Source of the DNA: Candidatus Saccharimonadota bacterium
Lineage (GTDB): Bacteria > Patescibacteriota > Saccharimonadia > Saccharimonadales > SLHW01
Direction of reading: 5' to 3'
DNA: 64,000 bases
Assembly: GCA_050486305.1 (NCBI GenBank)
Contig: JBJHDA010000001.1
Coordinates: 115,071 to 179,070, forward strand
Shown: positions 63,204 through 64,000 of the stretch, one piece after another
Numbering within the stretch: position 1 is the stretch's first letter
Layout: every line of letters starts with the position of its first letter
The notes under the pieces: generated by a model
Database searches by the model: none
Told to the model about the DNA's origin: nothing
Seen by the model: only the letters and a program-made list of their open reading frames with translations
Translations under genes and position numbers: made by a program

Positions 63204-64000
63204 CTACCTTCGATACATAGAGTGATTTTTTACCCAGCCATGAGATTGTCGAATGATATCTTTGCTCCCGCTCTGTTTTTGCTCATCACTTAGTTGAGAG
63301 TATGGTACCACACTAAAGCCGAAGGTGCTCCCCTTGCCTTCTTTTGACTGCACCCAGACTTGACCGCCATGTGCAGAGATTATTGCTTTCGTTAAGTACA
63401 GTCCAAGTCCTGTTCCGCCAATCTTTCCTCTTGTGCGATGATTGCGATAAAATTTCTCGAACAAATTGGTAGTCACGCTAGACGGCATGCCGATGCCAAA
63501 GTCCTGAACCGTTGTTTCCACAAGGCCGTTTTTTCCAACACCGCTTTTTACGATAATTTTTTTCGAGCCTTTGCTGTATTTGATGGCGTTGTCTATGAGG
63601 TTCGCGACAACTTCGTACATACTTATGTTATCGATACCTACCGTCGGTATCGAATCATCAATTTCTCTTTCAATGACGATACCGCTGATTTGAGCTCGTA
63701 TATCCATATCATCGAGAATGGCATTGAGTGTTTTTGGCCAATCCGCCTCATGAAGACTCATCATCAATTGGTTCTGTTCAATTCGTGCGACATTTAAGAT
63801 GTTATTAACGAAAATAGTGAGCTGGCCTGCTGCGACGCTCATTTTATGCATAAAGTCTTTGAGTTCCTCATCGAGCTGATCGGACAGCTCGTCTTCGAAA
63901 ACCTCTATATACCCACGGAGCATCGTGAGCGGGGTTCGAAGCTCATGGACAGCCAGCGCGACAAAGCCGAGCGAATCATCGTCTTGACTGTAGCGTTCTG
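63204..64000 (-). CDS. Histidine kinase, C-terminal part (5' end outside window)
   Basis: The reading frame stays open to the window edge. H-box LAVHELRTPLTMLRGY spans 63924-63970, followed by N-box NLIDNAIKYS, DFGIGM and GGTGLGLYLT. Confidence 0.88.
   Translation of the reverse strand, partial: ERYSQDDDSLGFVALAVHELRTPLTMLRGYIEVFEDELSDQLDEELKDFMHKMSVAAGQLTIFVNNILNVARIEQNQLMMSLHEADWPKTLNAILDDMDIRAQISGIVIEREIDDSIPTVGIDNISMYEVVANLIDNAIKYSKGSKKIIVKSGVGKNGLVETTVQDFGIGMPSSVTTNLFEKFYRNHRTRGKIGGTGLGLYLTKAIISAHGGQVWVQSKEGKGSTFGFSVVPYSQLSDEQKQSGSKDIIRQSHGWVKNHSMYRR

Noticed and set aside
1-64000. I looked for CRISPR arrays, transposases, integrases, reverse transcriptases/DGRs, rRNA genes and alternative genetic codes.
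   Set aside because: There are no regularly spaced repeat-spacer arrays. No ORF carries DDE, tyrosine/serine recombinase or RT motifs, and there are no rRNA-like segments. All recognisable genes close with standard stops and RF2 is intact, so code 11 fits.

Overview
The 64 kb window reads as a gene-dense chromosomal segment of roughly 50% GC from a small-genome bacterium. By inference only, it is most consistent with a Patescibacteria/CPR (Saccharibacteria-like) lineage. The standard code applies: RF2 is present and all long ORFs close without reassigning TGA. Recognisable content left to right is as follows. (1) secA 3' end, M16 and M48 peptidases, prfB, ftsE-ftsX followed by two paralogous coiled-coil cell-wall hydrolases (CHAP and M23) and an S41 protease, then pyrG. 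(2) A receiver-only response regulator, rpmA with a structured leader, methyltransferases, xseA-xseB, a degenerate kinase/receiver pair coupled to recO, and glyQS. (3) An accessory stretch (about 23.1-33.3 kb) of mostly unrecognisable genes. It includes an A+T-richer islet with a (GYP)n-repeat protein, a HEPN-like protein and a KAP transmembrane P-loop NTPase. It also holds a duplicated two-gene module of unknown function. (4) An aldo-keto reductase, PIF1-type helicase, NYN protein, GH1 beta-glucosidase and yvcK. (5) A compact dcw cluster (mraZ-rsmH-ftsL-ftsI-mraY-ftsW-murG-ftsQ) preceded by a GTGGG direct-repeat operator array. (6) A 0.9 kb gene-free gap at a convergent strand switch. (7) On the minus strand: a sigma-region-4/HARE-HTH protein, topA, dprA, pth, der, a pseudouridine synthase and two histidine kinase/receiver pairs, plus tRNA-Glu(CUC) on the plus strand. 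I saw no rRNA, CRISPR array, transposase, integrase or reverse transcriptase. The leads I rate highest:
- the HEPN-like/KAP-NTPase islet
- the duplicated A-B gene module
- an apparently circularly permuted M23 domain
- an orphan plus-strand terminator with a TTACGT motif array between pth and dprA
- the gene-free gap after ftsQ
- tandem decayed copies of the tRNA-Glu 3' end
- two nearly pure A/T tracts that share an 18-nt core.
All functional calls rest on motif recognition by eye; no searches were run.
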